NCBI GenBank assembly: GCA_051294905.1
Contig: CM119372.1
Coordinates: 5,706,001-5,770,000, forward strand
Direction of reading: 5' to 3'
Length of the DNA: 64,000 nucleotides
From: Botryllus schlosseri
Lineage: Eukaryota
The translations under genes and the position numbers were made by a program. Within the stretch, counting starts at the first letter, position 1. Each line of letters begins with the position of its first letter. Shown here piece after piece: positions 40,301 to 49,465 of this stretch. The notes under the pieces are model-generated. The model was not told the DNA's origin, searched no databases, and saw only the letters and a list, made by a program, of their open reading frames with translations.

Positions 40301-43300
40301 GTTGACTCGAGTCTGACTCGAGTCAAGTCATGACTCGAGTCATCCCAACACTGCTATTTGCTACTATGTACCATTGTCTTTTGTTTTTACGGCGGCATAT
40401 CTGATATCATACGAGTGCAACGAAAGCAGTGGTGACAAAGAGCGATGTCGACAGAATTCGTCACATGCGTTGATCTAACTAACCATTGTATTTCTCAAAT
40501 TTCTTCACCTTCAAATCATATAAAATAAGCCGAGTCAATGACTTGAGTCGAGTCATGCGTAATGACTGGAGTACAAGTCGAGTCAATCCAAATATTGACT
40601 CGAGTCGAGTCATTTTCCCATTTCAAGAAAATGACTCGAGTCAAGTCGAGTCACAAAAAAATCGTGACTCGAGTCTGACTCGAGTCGAGTCATGACTCGA
40701 GTCATTACAACCCTGTCGATATCTACAAAACGTATCAGAAACAATTTGCCAAGGGCGGTTCTATATCCTGATCGAAAAATGAAGTCGCATTGAATCGCGA
40801 ATGTTATCAGCAAATATTCTTCCGTAATGACCGTATTCAACAGAGATCACCTGTCATGGGAGCCCATCCAGCGTTAGTAATAGCGAAATCAGTCCTGGGT
40901 GCGATGATGGCAGTCCTTATCAGACAACGTGCGAAATAACATGCAATGAAGGATATTATGTGAAGGGAAGTGCAAATGCAGTGTGTGTTGACCCTACACC
41001 AAACGATGATTCTAATGACATAGGAAACTGGGATATCGGATACACAACTTGCACGCGTAAGTATATGAACCTGGAGATTTCTTAGCTTATAGAACACATA
41101 TATATCTTGTATTTACGGAATTTACATATCGCCATTGTCAACAGAGATAACCTCTCCTGGGAGCCCTACTAGCGTCGATAATAGCGCAATCACATCTGGG
41201 TGTGATAATGACATTTCTTATCAGACCACGTGTGGAATAGCTTGCAATCAAGGCTATTATGTAGGAGGAAGTGAAAAGGCTGTGTGTGATGACCCTTCAC
41301 CTTATGTTGGCGACTCTAATGATCAAGGATCTTGGGATATCGGATCAACATATTGCACGCGTAATTTTGGTCCGATGTTGTAATGACTCGAGTCGCGTTT
41401 TTATTTGGGACTAGATCGGTGGTCCGCAACCTTTTTTTTGGAATGATTGCCTCCTTCTCAAGCTCGACAGCAATTTTCGCCCCCAATATTTATTGATCCA
41501 AAAAAGAGGACATATATATATGGGAAATTTATCCATCTATAACTCTGATCGCTGGTGAATTGACTAAAAATAAGGTCATTTTTCCGAGTAGCAGCTCTAA
41601 AAACCGGTTTGCGCATCGATTTTCCGTTTAGGTATGACTAGCATGATTTTTAGACCTAAAAAAGAGGCGGTTTTGACCGAAAAAATCTCAATTTCGACAT
41701 TTTTTGACATTAACAAACTTAATTTTGATAAAGTTTTAACCTCATGAATGTATATTGGGTGTTTTCCCACAGAATGTTAGAACTGTACTACGTATCTTCG
41801 TCTATGGTTGGAACTGTCTGTCCTTACCAAGTAGCTTGGCCTGAAAAGACTTATATGACTTATTTGACAAATCTTCACGTGGACCTATGAAGAATTCCAA
41901 TTTACATCACGCATTAAGGTAGAAAAAATTAAAATTGGTTGTAGTACAACGAAAGACACTTCTACATTCTCCTTTAGAAAGTGTCAGTCCTTACTAAGTA
42001 CTATTACCAGAGGTGGTCAAAGTAGCCGAGAAAGCTACTCAAGTAAAAGTAGAAGTAGCGACAAAAAATCTACTCAAGTACGAGTTGAAGTACTTCTTCC
42101 ATAAGCAACCTAAAACTACTTGAAGTAGAAGTAGAATAGACTGACTTTAAATCTACTTAAGTAAGTAAGTATTTGTGAAAACGATCGTAATTAGTTCACA
42201 TGGACTGTCAAAAGGTGCAAATTGAGCTATGCGAAAGGTGCCTAGCTTGATTGATATTGATCCATATCAGGAGGTATCCAATATTCGACAGCATAAGCAT
42301 TCGTCCGCATCATGGGATGATGAATTATTTAACACGTATTAAAAAAAATATAATCATAGATTATTTCATTGCTAGCCAGCACATAAATATCTCATTACAT
42401 GTTTCTAATGATTAATTGACATCTGAGCATGCCACACAATGAGAAATGGCGGTTAAGCATTCGTCGATTTAGCATAAGAACGTATGCGCATGATGAGAGC
42501 TTGGGAAACATTAGCATGCGACTTCTAAACGTTATCCATATCTGTTCGTCATATAGTCATCATAATCGATCTTCGGTATAATGTAATCCGTGCATTATCC
42601 CAATGAATCCATGTGGACAACACAAGAGTATTTTTGTTGTCTTGATTTTTGGTCACCAACTTAATTACGTATTTAGACTATTCCCATTCTGAATTCTCCC
42701 TGGTCACCATGTGTTCATTTATAAAAAAGAAGGCCTAAAAATTCAAACACGTGTCTTACATAAGATCTTGAAATGCTGTTGATATTAATTTTATTTTAGA
42801 TGCTGTCATATGCGTAATGTAACTTACAGTCACGAGCATTAGTCCATTCTAATATCACATTTGTCGTGTGCTAGGCTAAGGTTGTGCCCAGGAAAGTTGA
42901 ATATAAGACATACATGTATGTTTAGTTCAAACTTCAAAATATACTTCAAACGTTTCGGACAACCCGGAGAATGATGTACCGCATCATTTTTCTCTTCTGT
43001 TCGCATTGGCACCGTGGTGCTCAAATTGCAAAGGGCGGTACTATACTAAAATCGAAACATTAGGTCGCATTAAAGCGCGAATGTTATCAGCAAATATTCT
43101 TTCCTAATGACTGTTTGTAATAGAGATCACCTGTCCGGGGAGCCCATCCAGCGTTGGTAACAGCGAAATCACTTCTGGGTGCGATGATGGCAGTCCTTAT
43201 CAGACAACGTGCGAAATAACATGCAATGAAGGCTATTATGTAGGGGGGAGTGGAAATGCTGTGTGTGATGATCCTACGCCAAACGATGACTCTAATGACG

Positions 43301-46300
43301 AAGGAGACTGGTACATCGGATCCACAACTTGTACGCGTAAGTGGGGACCACAGTAACGTCATATTTCATGCAATATGTATAGTTGACTTTGTTCTCTCTA
43401 GTTTAGAATAAGGATTATGATTACTTTTGAAACGGGCGATTATGATTACAACGAAATCTCACAGTAGACATTTCCCGGCCATAAGGTATCCGTGGAAACA
43501 GTGGCGGCTCGTCCTATCGGGCAACTGGGGCATTGTCCCACCTAAAATTCTGTTCAATAACAATTCCTTACCATTTATAGACGCACACCAATCTATATAT
43601 ACCGAAATCGCAACGAAAGTCGTATTATTCTTGTCCTTTCGCTTGTAAATGCTCATATATAGCGAAGTCTCTGCGAAAATCGAATTCTCTACTGTGTTTT
43701 CGCTTTGCGAATGCCTAGCCGGGGCATGGCGCTCATGACTAGGGCTGGACAAAATCGAGTACCCGAGTGATTCGATTCTGAATCACGTATGTTCCGCTTC
43801 GAGTCAAGTATCCGAGTATCACTCATTATGACGTCACAACAGAATGGACTGTGTCAACGTTTAAATATGTATCTTTTATGCCACTACAGCCAATATAATG
43901 CCTGTAATCCGTCACATTAAAGACACTTTTGTATTTTTTCGACGATACCGATGTCATTGTACTTCTTGGCAATGTTGTGGGATGATCATGACTTCGACAA
44001 TGTGTTGTTTCCAGTAACGTTCGTAGGTTTGTACTATGTCTCGTATGCTGCGACACGGTCGATCCAGGTTTCAAGCCTTCCTCAGTGGAAAATAGTACCA
44101 AAACTATTCTCGTTAGTAAATTACCTTTCAGTTGCGAGGCGCGAATAATTTCAGTACTCGAAAATATAGTCTTGTACTACTCGACTAGAATCATTAAAAT
44201 ACTCGATTCAGATTCGAGTACTCGAATCATTGTGCCCAGCCCAACTCATAACAAGCTTTCACTGTCTATTCTCTCAAAGCCGCGCACAATAAAAAAAAAC
44301 GGTGATTTGCTCTCTCCTATTCATAAAACTACCGAGCAAGCGGGGCACAAAAGCTCTGTGCCCCTGAGGCAGGGGCGCCAACACGCGGCCCGCAAAGTCA
44401 TATTTTGCAGCTCGCGACTTGATTTGAGATTTCGGAAGAGAGCTAACAAAACATTTTGAAATACTGAAATTGACGTGCAATGGTCCAAACACTGCCAAGA
44501 CCGAGACGCTTAGAAAACGGCTTAGGGCAATTGTTCTGAAACTGGGTGGGCGCGAAAGCATCTGATGGCGGCCAGAAACTGCTGTCAACTGAAAAATTTT
44601 TTGCGCACGCCGCGATTTAACTCGGATTCATAGTTATAGCTATTCCTCTGTGTATAATCCGGAATTCATATTATAGAATTCTCTCACCGACAATCGTAAC
44701 CTTCCATGCCATCAAACTATATCCGTTGGGATTGCTAGCATTATGGAAGCATTTTGTGATATGACGATAAGAGGGACGCGAAATTTTTCACTAAAGGTGG
44801 ACATGTCTAAAAAGGATGGAGTACCACTGGCTTATATAGAGTTTCCCAACACGATCAAGCTTTACGTGGAAATGGTCTTTCAGCTAGTAACGTACATGTA
44901 TTGTCCACAGCTCTGAGTTCGAAATAAAACGAAATAGATTGTAGGGGTCCCTTTTTTGCATTTTCATTCCCTAAAATATTCCTTCTTTCGTGGTCACTAT
45001 ACCCATCGCATATGTTAGGAAGCATAGCATGGTACTAATGTAGAGTTTTAAAACGTAGGTACCTACTTTATATCGAAACTGAATGCATGCGGCCTGCGAC
45101 CGCTGCAAAATTTGGAAAGTGGCCCGCGACCAGAGGTGGTCAGTAACGAAGTACTTCTACTTTTTCGAAGTACTCAAGTAGTTTTCCTCTACTTCTGGTA
45201 CTTACTCAAGTAGATCTGATTTTCGCTACTTCTACTTCTACTTCCTAATATTTTGTGATCTACTTACTTACTTGTCGCTATTTTCAGTGTGTCAAGTAGA
45301 AGTAGTCTAATCATCCAATCAGGAAGATAGCCTGAGGAATCTCCGAGCTGTTTTCACGTAGTATTAACATTTAATTTTCATAAAAGTTTAGTAGAGCCCA
45401 GAATTTACGTCGCGCTTCGCGCGCAGTGGATACGGAGTGACCAGTATGATTTCACGAAAGTATCGGTGAATATAATTTAGGTGGTGGGTTGGCGTGGTTC
45501 CGTTCACGCCACATTGTCGCCCTTCGCCCATATGAAATAATTCATCACAGTATATATGGCTCATCATAAGGTTTGAAAGTGATGTTTCGCTATCTAGCAT
45601 TTTCTTGTCATATCGTAATTTAGCATGTCCATGGCGTGTCCTAATCTGGAAGAGTGGACTATTGACTTTTTTTTGGTTTTAGAGCTGTTTTAGCATACCA
45701 CTATTGAAACTTTCTAGACCAAAAACATGAAATACATATTCTACTTTTAGAAGTAGTATCAATATTTCACTTTCTATTCCCAGTATCATATACTTTGAGT
45801 TATAATTAATATCAGTTCTTTTTTCTGGATAACATACATGTTGAAGTATAAAAGCAAGTGCAGTAATGCCTTGTATTTCTGGAAATAAAGCTACGCCATA
45901 TGGCATTTTTACGGTCCACCATATTTTTTAATAACGTTTAGTAATCGCGCAAAGTGTTTACACCGTATCCTATACAACTTCTCCGTATTGCTCATCGACT
46001 AAACTATGGGCCTTATAATATGGGGGATGGCGCCATACCATGCCATTTTCCAAAACGTGCTGTTCGATAAAACAAAGGATTGGCATCCAATTTCGTTATC
46101 ATTACTATCATTTTCATCCCACGAGGTGGGCGAATGCTTATATGCTATCGAAAATTGGATACCTGCTGCTATGCATCAATATGAATGAAGCTATCTATCA
46201 TATAGCTCAATTTGCACCTTTTTATAACCCATCCAATCAGGATCGTTTTCACAACTACTTACTTACTTGAGTACTTTTAAAGTCAGACAACTCTACTTCT

Positions 46301-49300
46301 ACTTCAAGTAGTTTCAGGTTGCTTATGAAAGAAGTACTTCTACTTGTACTTGCGTAGATTTCTTCGACGCTACTTCTACCTCTACTTGAGTAGCTTTCTT
46401 GACTACTTTGACCACCTCTGGATGTATGTCCATATCTATAACACAAGGAAACATTCGGGGGTTTCGGGTTGGATTATGCACTGTACAATTGAAACATGTG
46501 TCGCACGAGATATTGGACGTTTTTGACTCTCTTGACAGGTCGACAAATTGATGTGTGTTGGATTTTGCAGCAACATTCACAGGAAAACTGTGACTTTTCA
46601 ACTTAAACTGAAACAAAATAAAATTGAAAATGGGTACCTAGCGATATTTCCGAGATCACCGACTCACAGCTAGCACCTATAGGATCCCATTGTAAATCGT
46701 AACGTAACCCACAGTAAATAATCCAACTACAGGGTGGCATCAGCGATGAAATTTCCAAAGCTCGACGCCCAGTATCAGCTGGCAATGATTTTAAGTTGTC
46801 GTTGTTTTTGTTGTTGGTGGTTTGATATTCATGGTGTTTCGACTACACTTGTCATTTTACATCAGGCCGATATTCTTTATTATGATTCCGTAATTACCGA
46901 CTTGCAGTTCGAGAACAAGTTGTACCAACCAAGTATTAAAGTTCCGAGACATTTCATCACTCAATTATGTCCTGATATACACATGTAACAAAGTACTGAT
47001 AAATAAGATGTGATCCCGATCGCCAGTGTTGGGGTGACTCAAGTCACCTTTTTCGCATGACTTTACTTGATTCGAGTCACTTTGCTAAAATGACTTCTGG
47101 ACTTGACTCGGCGTATCAGAAATGTGTATTGACTCGTTACTCGGAGCAAAATTCACGAGTCAATTTCAAGTCATCAATTAATCGGTGTCGATAAAAATCA
47201 CTGTATCTTGCATATATTCGGATTGTTCGCGAACGCTGGTGTAACCCGTGAGAGCGACCAATCATTCAATGATCGTGCGTTTTATTGAGCCTCCATTGTT
47301 CTCTCACAAATAAATTGACCACAAACGAAGTGATCGAGGCTTACAGCTTACGTTGTAGTAAACTAGTAGTAAAGTAATATAATAAAAAATTATCTACCTT
47401 AACCAAACCTCTTTTTCATTGATTTTGAATTCGAATGTAGCTTATATACTCCTCAACCATTGGCGCAGGCTTGAACTGTATCATATCTATATATAAATGG
47501 GTGAAGGGTAGCCTAATATATTGCATCTTATCAATTCGTTTCTCTATTCTCTATTTTGGTTGGTAACTATAAACTGAGGCTACGTATATGTGAGCGATGC
47601 AGCGCCAACTTGGGTGTATATTCAACTCTATATTCGTTGATCGGTTCAAAACCAATGACCACTCAATCTTTATTTCAGACAGCTAGTATAATGTATTGAC
47701 TTATTCATGCGTCATACTACGAAAAGGCAACTTGACTTGGATTTTGACTTGACTCGTGACTTGACTTGACTGGACTCGAGTCGCCTCCAAAAATCGAGTG
47801 ACTTGGCTTGACTCAAGCCACCTCCGAAAACCGATTGACTTGACACGAGTCAAAATGTACAATGACTCGAAATGACTCGTGACTCGAAGGTAGTAACTTG
47901 ATCCCAACACTGCCGATCGCCTTGATTGGGTAAATATCAACTAAACTTGTTATCGTTTAATTAACCTGCGTAATAACTCATCTAGGTGACAAAATAAAGT
48001 TGTTTTAAGCGACATATGGGCGCGATCAATTCGAATCAACTGAGTCTAACTATAACCGAGGGCTACTATATTTTTGTGTCATAAATTCCGGACGCTCGTT
48101 AGCGCCCATAAGCGGATTTCCAAATACGGTACGAGCATTGTCGATCAATGTGACGTCACGACAGCAAAGCTATGCCTATCGACAAGCGGTGGACACCATT
48201 CGGTTCAGGAGTATGTGTTTGTGTGTTGTAAGTTGTAACGAGAGCTGAAGCCACATTTTCAGCCCCAGCCGCCCATATAAACACTGATCTTGGGCCCACT
48301 GTAGGGTAATCGATGCAACTTCTGGAGTCTTACTGTATGCAGCTGGTTTTTCTAAATGCATCTGGACGGTAATTGATTTGATTGAATTATGTCAATAATA
48401 TTGGGTATTCCATATATTACTATATAATTTTGATTCTCTCTCCGCGCACGTGATCAGAGTTAGTGGTAGAGCTGGTGGAGGATGATGACTTAGAAAATTC
48501 AGGGAGAGTAATTGTACAAGGCACATTGTTAAGTCATGGTAATGTCACATCGATACGATTATTCATCAAGCTAATGCCGGTGCGCAGTGCGCACCACTGA
48601 GGTATATAAACACCCCACATCCGGTGGCTCCCAACCTTATATGGTCACAACTCCATTTCCAATTTGTTCCGTGGCCCAGCTCAGAATTTGATAAGCTGAT
48701 TACTAATAAAAGATCGGCACCTTTTTTCAGACTTAAGCACGGCCTATTTTGGAAGCCGATCACATTCAACATATTTTCGAACCCAAGAACAAAGGCGAAC
48801 AAATCCCAGGGGCAAACAAATTGCAGGTTTCGAACCACAAACTTTCAATAAAGCATGTCAACGGCCTAAACCGACTCTAGGAATATACCGTTCTCCTATA
48901 ATTCCGACTACAATTATACTTATTTCTGTAAATGAAGGTTATTTTGATTTATTTAATTTGATAGCAGTTTTAGTTTTTGCGAGGGTAGTAGTCCCAATAT
49001 TAAAATCAATATATGTGATTCTAAATCGCGCGAAGCGCGAAAAAAAAATGTAGCATAAATCTGTCCACAAAGAATATAGTTTAGGTTGATTTACGAAAAA
49101 AATATGAGCTTACTGCAAACCTTCAAAACTCCGAACATTTGGCCATATTTTAGAAATTCCTCCCGGACGCAATTTTACCAGTGAAGTTCCGGACATGTCC
49201 GGGAAATTCTGGACGTATGGCAACCCTACCATAACCCCAATTTAACCAAGTATAACACCGGGCTGGTATCCTAATAACCTCAAACCCTTGCCCTAATGCT

Positions 49301-49465
49301 AACTGGTTCGTATTCCGTTTAATCAACTGCTAAGTATTTTCTTCCTTCGCAGTGTCTCAAGAAAAGTCATCGTCACTTGGGGGTGGCGCGATTGCCGGAA
49401 TCGTAATCGGAGTGCTCGCCTTCGTCGCACTCTGCGTCGCGGGGTTCTTTCTTCTTCGCAGATAA
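1133..49465 (+). CDS. Gene 1 (5'-incomplete, multi-exon): type-I membrane glycoprotein, Ig - S/T exon - 23 mucin-like exons - 8 Sushi/CCP - TM - RR*
   Basis: 34 intact exons with AG acceptors; all internal exons have GT donors and are phase 1-1, so they join in one open frame ending at TAA 49463-49465. Joining all of them into one transcript is inferred from strand, order and phase. Confidence 0.8.
2330..3207. mobile_element. hAT MITE (TAGGGC TIR family)
   Basis: TIR TAGGGCGATTTTT/AAAAATCGCCCTA, 8-bp TSD GTTATCAC, TTTGACC subterminal repeats. Confidence 0.92.
3236..3325 (+). CDS. Gene 1 exon: 30-aa Ser/Thr-rich linker
   Basis: Pyrimidine tract ttcttttattcacag|, donor G|gtattt, 90 nt, phase 1-1; DVSVITPAAFCASDALSTITTSGGSIDSTT. 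Confidence 0.7.
3847..4436. mobile_element. Foldback MITE with ~220-bp inverted arms
   Basis: CATAGTGTCCTATA...TATAGGACACTATG; arms pair over most of the length. Partial copies near 24530, 27640-27950, 53490-53760 and 58320. Confidence 0.85.
8468..8857. mobile_element. hAT MITE in a mucin-array intron
   Basis: TIR TAGGCTTACCATA/TATGGTAAGCCTA, TSD CTGTTAAT/CTGTTACT. Confidence 0.88.
10092..10983. mobile_element. hAT MITE, inverted copy of 2330-3207
   Basis: TIR TAGGGCAATTTTT/AAAAATTGCCCTA, TSD GTAATTAC. Confidence 0.92.
12275..14222. mobile_element. Charlie-type non-autonomous hAT nested in the 5.4-kb element
   Basis: TIR CAGTGGTTCCCAA/TTGGGAATCACTG, TSD CTCTAGAG; internal part homologous to 26390-27450. 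Confidence 0.9.
15380..15967. mobile_element. hAT MITE (CAGGGTTGTAA family) inside the transposase
   Basis: TIR CAGGGTTGTAA/TTACAACCCTG, TSD AGTGGTTC, GACTCGAGTC arrays. Confidence 0.93.
16356..16565. mobile_element. Right-end fragment of CAGTGTTGGGA-family MITE
   Basis: Ends GTCATCCCAACACTG; matches the ends of 30301-31234 and 39327-40353. Confidence 0.8.
17571..17951. mobile_element. hAT MITE, same family as 8468-8857
   Basis: TIR TAGGGTTACCA/TGGTAACCCTA, TSD ACATATAT. Confidence 0.92.
22607..24442. mobile_element. Non-autonomous hAT element in the intron after the last mucin exon
   Basis: TIR CAGGGGCGGGCAAC/GTTGCCCACCCCTG, TSD CTATACCC; the array intron consensus resumes at 24451. Confidence 0.9.
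23066..23434 (-). pseudogene. Penelope-like GIY-YIG endonuclease fragment
   Basis: SNIIYQYTCRCDSRYVGRTSQRLQQRIRQH...SVIGHHLL. Confidence 0.88.
24652..24800. mobile_element. MITE end with ATTACA subterminal repeats
   Basis: CAGAGTGGGGTCAATTAC followed by repeated ATTACA; partner end not found. Confidence 0.5.
26892..27075. mobile_element. Small MITE
   Basis: TIR CAATGTTCCCTCTAAG/CTTAAAGCGAACATTG, flanks TGACGTG/TGAGGTG, GCGCA repeats. Confidence 0.7.
29348..30283 (-). mobile_element. Charlie/SPIN-type hAT deletion derivative with transposase C-terminal remnant
   Basis: TIR CAGTGGCTCCCAA/GGGGAATCACTG, TSD GTTTAGAG; minus strand HLELLDMQSD and EPFFSKMVRIKNLYRNRLTDNHL (GTF2IRD2-like C-terminus). 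Confidence 0.85.
30301..31234. mobile_element. hAT MITE (CAGTGTTGGGA family)
   Basis: TIR CAGTGTTGGGAT/ATCCCAACACTG, TSD CTAATTAA. Confidence 0.93.
31633..33110. mobile_element. hAT MITE (CAGAGGTGGTCA family), right end missing
   Basis: Colinear with 45131-46075; preceded by GATGTATG. Confidence 0.85.
32073..32597. mobile_element. Nested hAT MITE (TAGGGCTGG family)
   Basis: TIR TAGGGCTGGGCA/TGCCCAGCCCTA, TSD ATCATAAC; empty site near 45565. Confidence 0.92.
33987..34334. mobile_element. hAT MITE (CAGGGTTGTAA family), internally deleted
   Basis: TSD CCTATTTC; homologous to 15380-15967 in inverted orientation. Confidence 0.85.
35651..35863 (+). CDS. Gene 1 exon: Sushi/CCP domain 1 (6-Cys type)
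   Basis: aacag|...C|gtaggc, 213 nt, phase 1-1; ITCPG...GC...TTCEINCNEGYYVGGSGNAVC...GAWDIGSTTC. Confidence 0.9.
35958..36170 (+). CDS. Gene 1 exon: Sushi/CCP domain 2
   Basis: tacag|...C|gtaggc, 213 nt, open frame, same Cys/Trp pattern. Confidence 0.9.
36275..36487 (+). CDS. Gene 1 exon: Sushi/CCP domain 3
   Basis: tacag|...C|gtaggc, 213 nt, near-identical to domain 2. Confidence 0.9.
36582..36794 (+). CDS. Gene 1 exon: Sushi/CCP domain 4
   Basis: tacag|...C|gtaggc, 213 nt, near-identical to domain 3. Confidence 0.9.
36895..37107 (+). CDS. Gene 1 exon: Sushi/CCP domain 5
   Basis: tacag|...C|gtaagt, 213 nt, ends DEGDWDIGSTTCT. Confidence 0.9.
37240..37302 (+). pseudogene. Retroelement RNase H motif remnant
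   Basis: IPGHKGIRGNEKAVKVA matches the PGHxGIxGNExAD motif; partial duplicate near 43470-43497. Confidence 0.55.
37615..40715. mobile_element. 3.1-kb non-autonomous hAT (CAGGGTTGTAA family)
   Basis: TIR CGGGTTGTAA/TTACAACCCTG, TSD TCGATATC. Confidence 0.9.
39327..40353. mobile_element. Nested hAT MITE (CAGTGTTGGGA family)
   Basis: TIRs intact, TSD CTATTTGC; the homologous copy near 59325 lacks the insert. Confidence 0.93.
40844..41056 (+). CDS. Gene 1 exon: Sushi/CCP domain 6
   Basis: aacag|...C|gtaagt, 213 nt; ITCHGSPSS...DIGNWDIGYTTCT. Confidence 0.88.
41145..41360 (+). CDS. Gene 1 exon: Sushi/CCP domain 7 (divergent, first Cys replaced by Ser)
   Basis: aacag|...C|gtaatt, 216 nt, open frame; ITSPG instead of ITCPG. 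Confidence 0.8.
42008..42175. mobile_element. Isolated inverted right end of the CAGAGGTGGTCA MITE
   Basis: Reverse complement of 46255-46420. Confidence 0.8.
43124..43336 (+). CDS. Gene 1 exon: Sushi/CCP domain 8
   Basis: aatag|...C|gtaagt, 213 nt; ends DEGDWYIGSTTCT. Confidence 0.88.
43740..44244. mobile_element. hAT MITE (TAGGGCTGG family) nested in a CAGTGGCGGCTCG element starting at 43499
   Basis: TSD CTCATGAC/CTCATAAC; empty site near 51770. Confidence 0.85.
45131..46420. mobile_element. hAT MITE (CAGAGGTGGTCA family), both TIRs present
   Basis: TIR CAGAGGTGGTCA/TGACCACCTCTG; own flanks do not match (CCCGCGAC vs GATGTATG). Confidence 0.9.
47024..47912. mobile_element. hAT MITE, inverted copy of 30301-31234
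   Basis: TIR CAGTGTTGGG/CCCAACACTG, TSD CCGATCGC. Confidence 0.92.
49353..49465 (+). CDS. Gene 1 last coding exon: transmembrane helix and RR stop
   Basis: ttttcttccttcgcag| phase 1; LSQEKSSSLGGGAIAGIVIGVLAFVALCVAGFFLLRR*. Confidence 0.88.

Noticed and set aside
1133..49465. Naming gene 1 as a selectin, TIM, CD46 or Botryllus fester homolog
   Set aside because: No lectin or EGF domain is seen and the domain order differs; sharing Sushi or Ig domains does not establish orthology.
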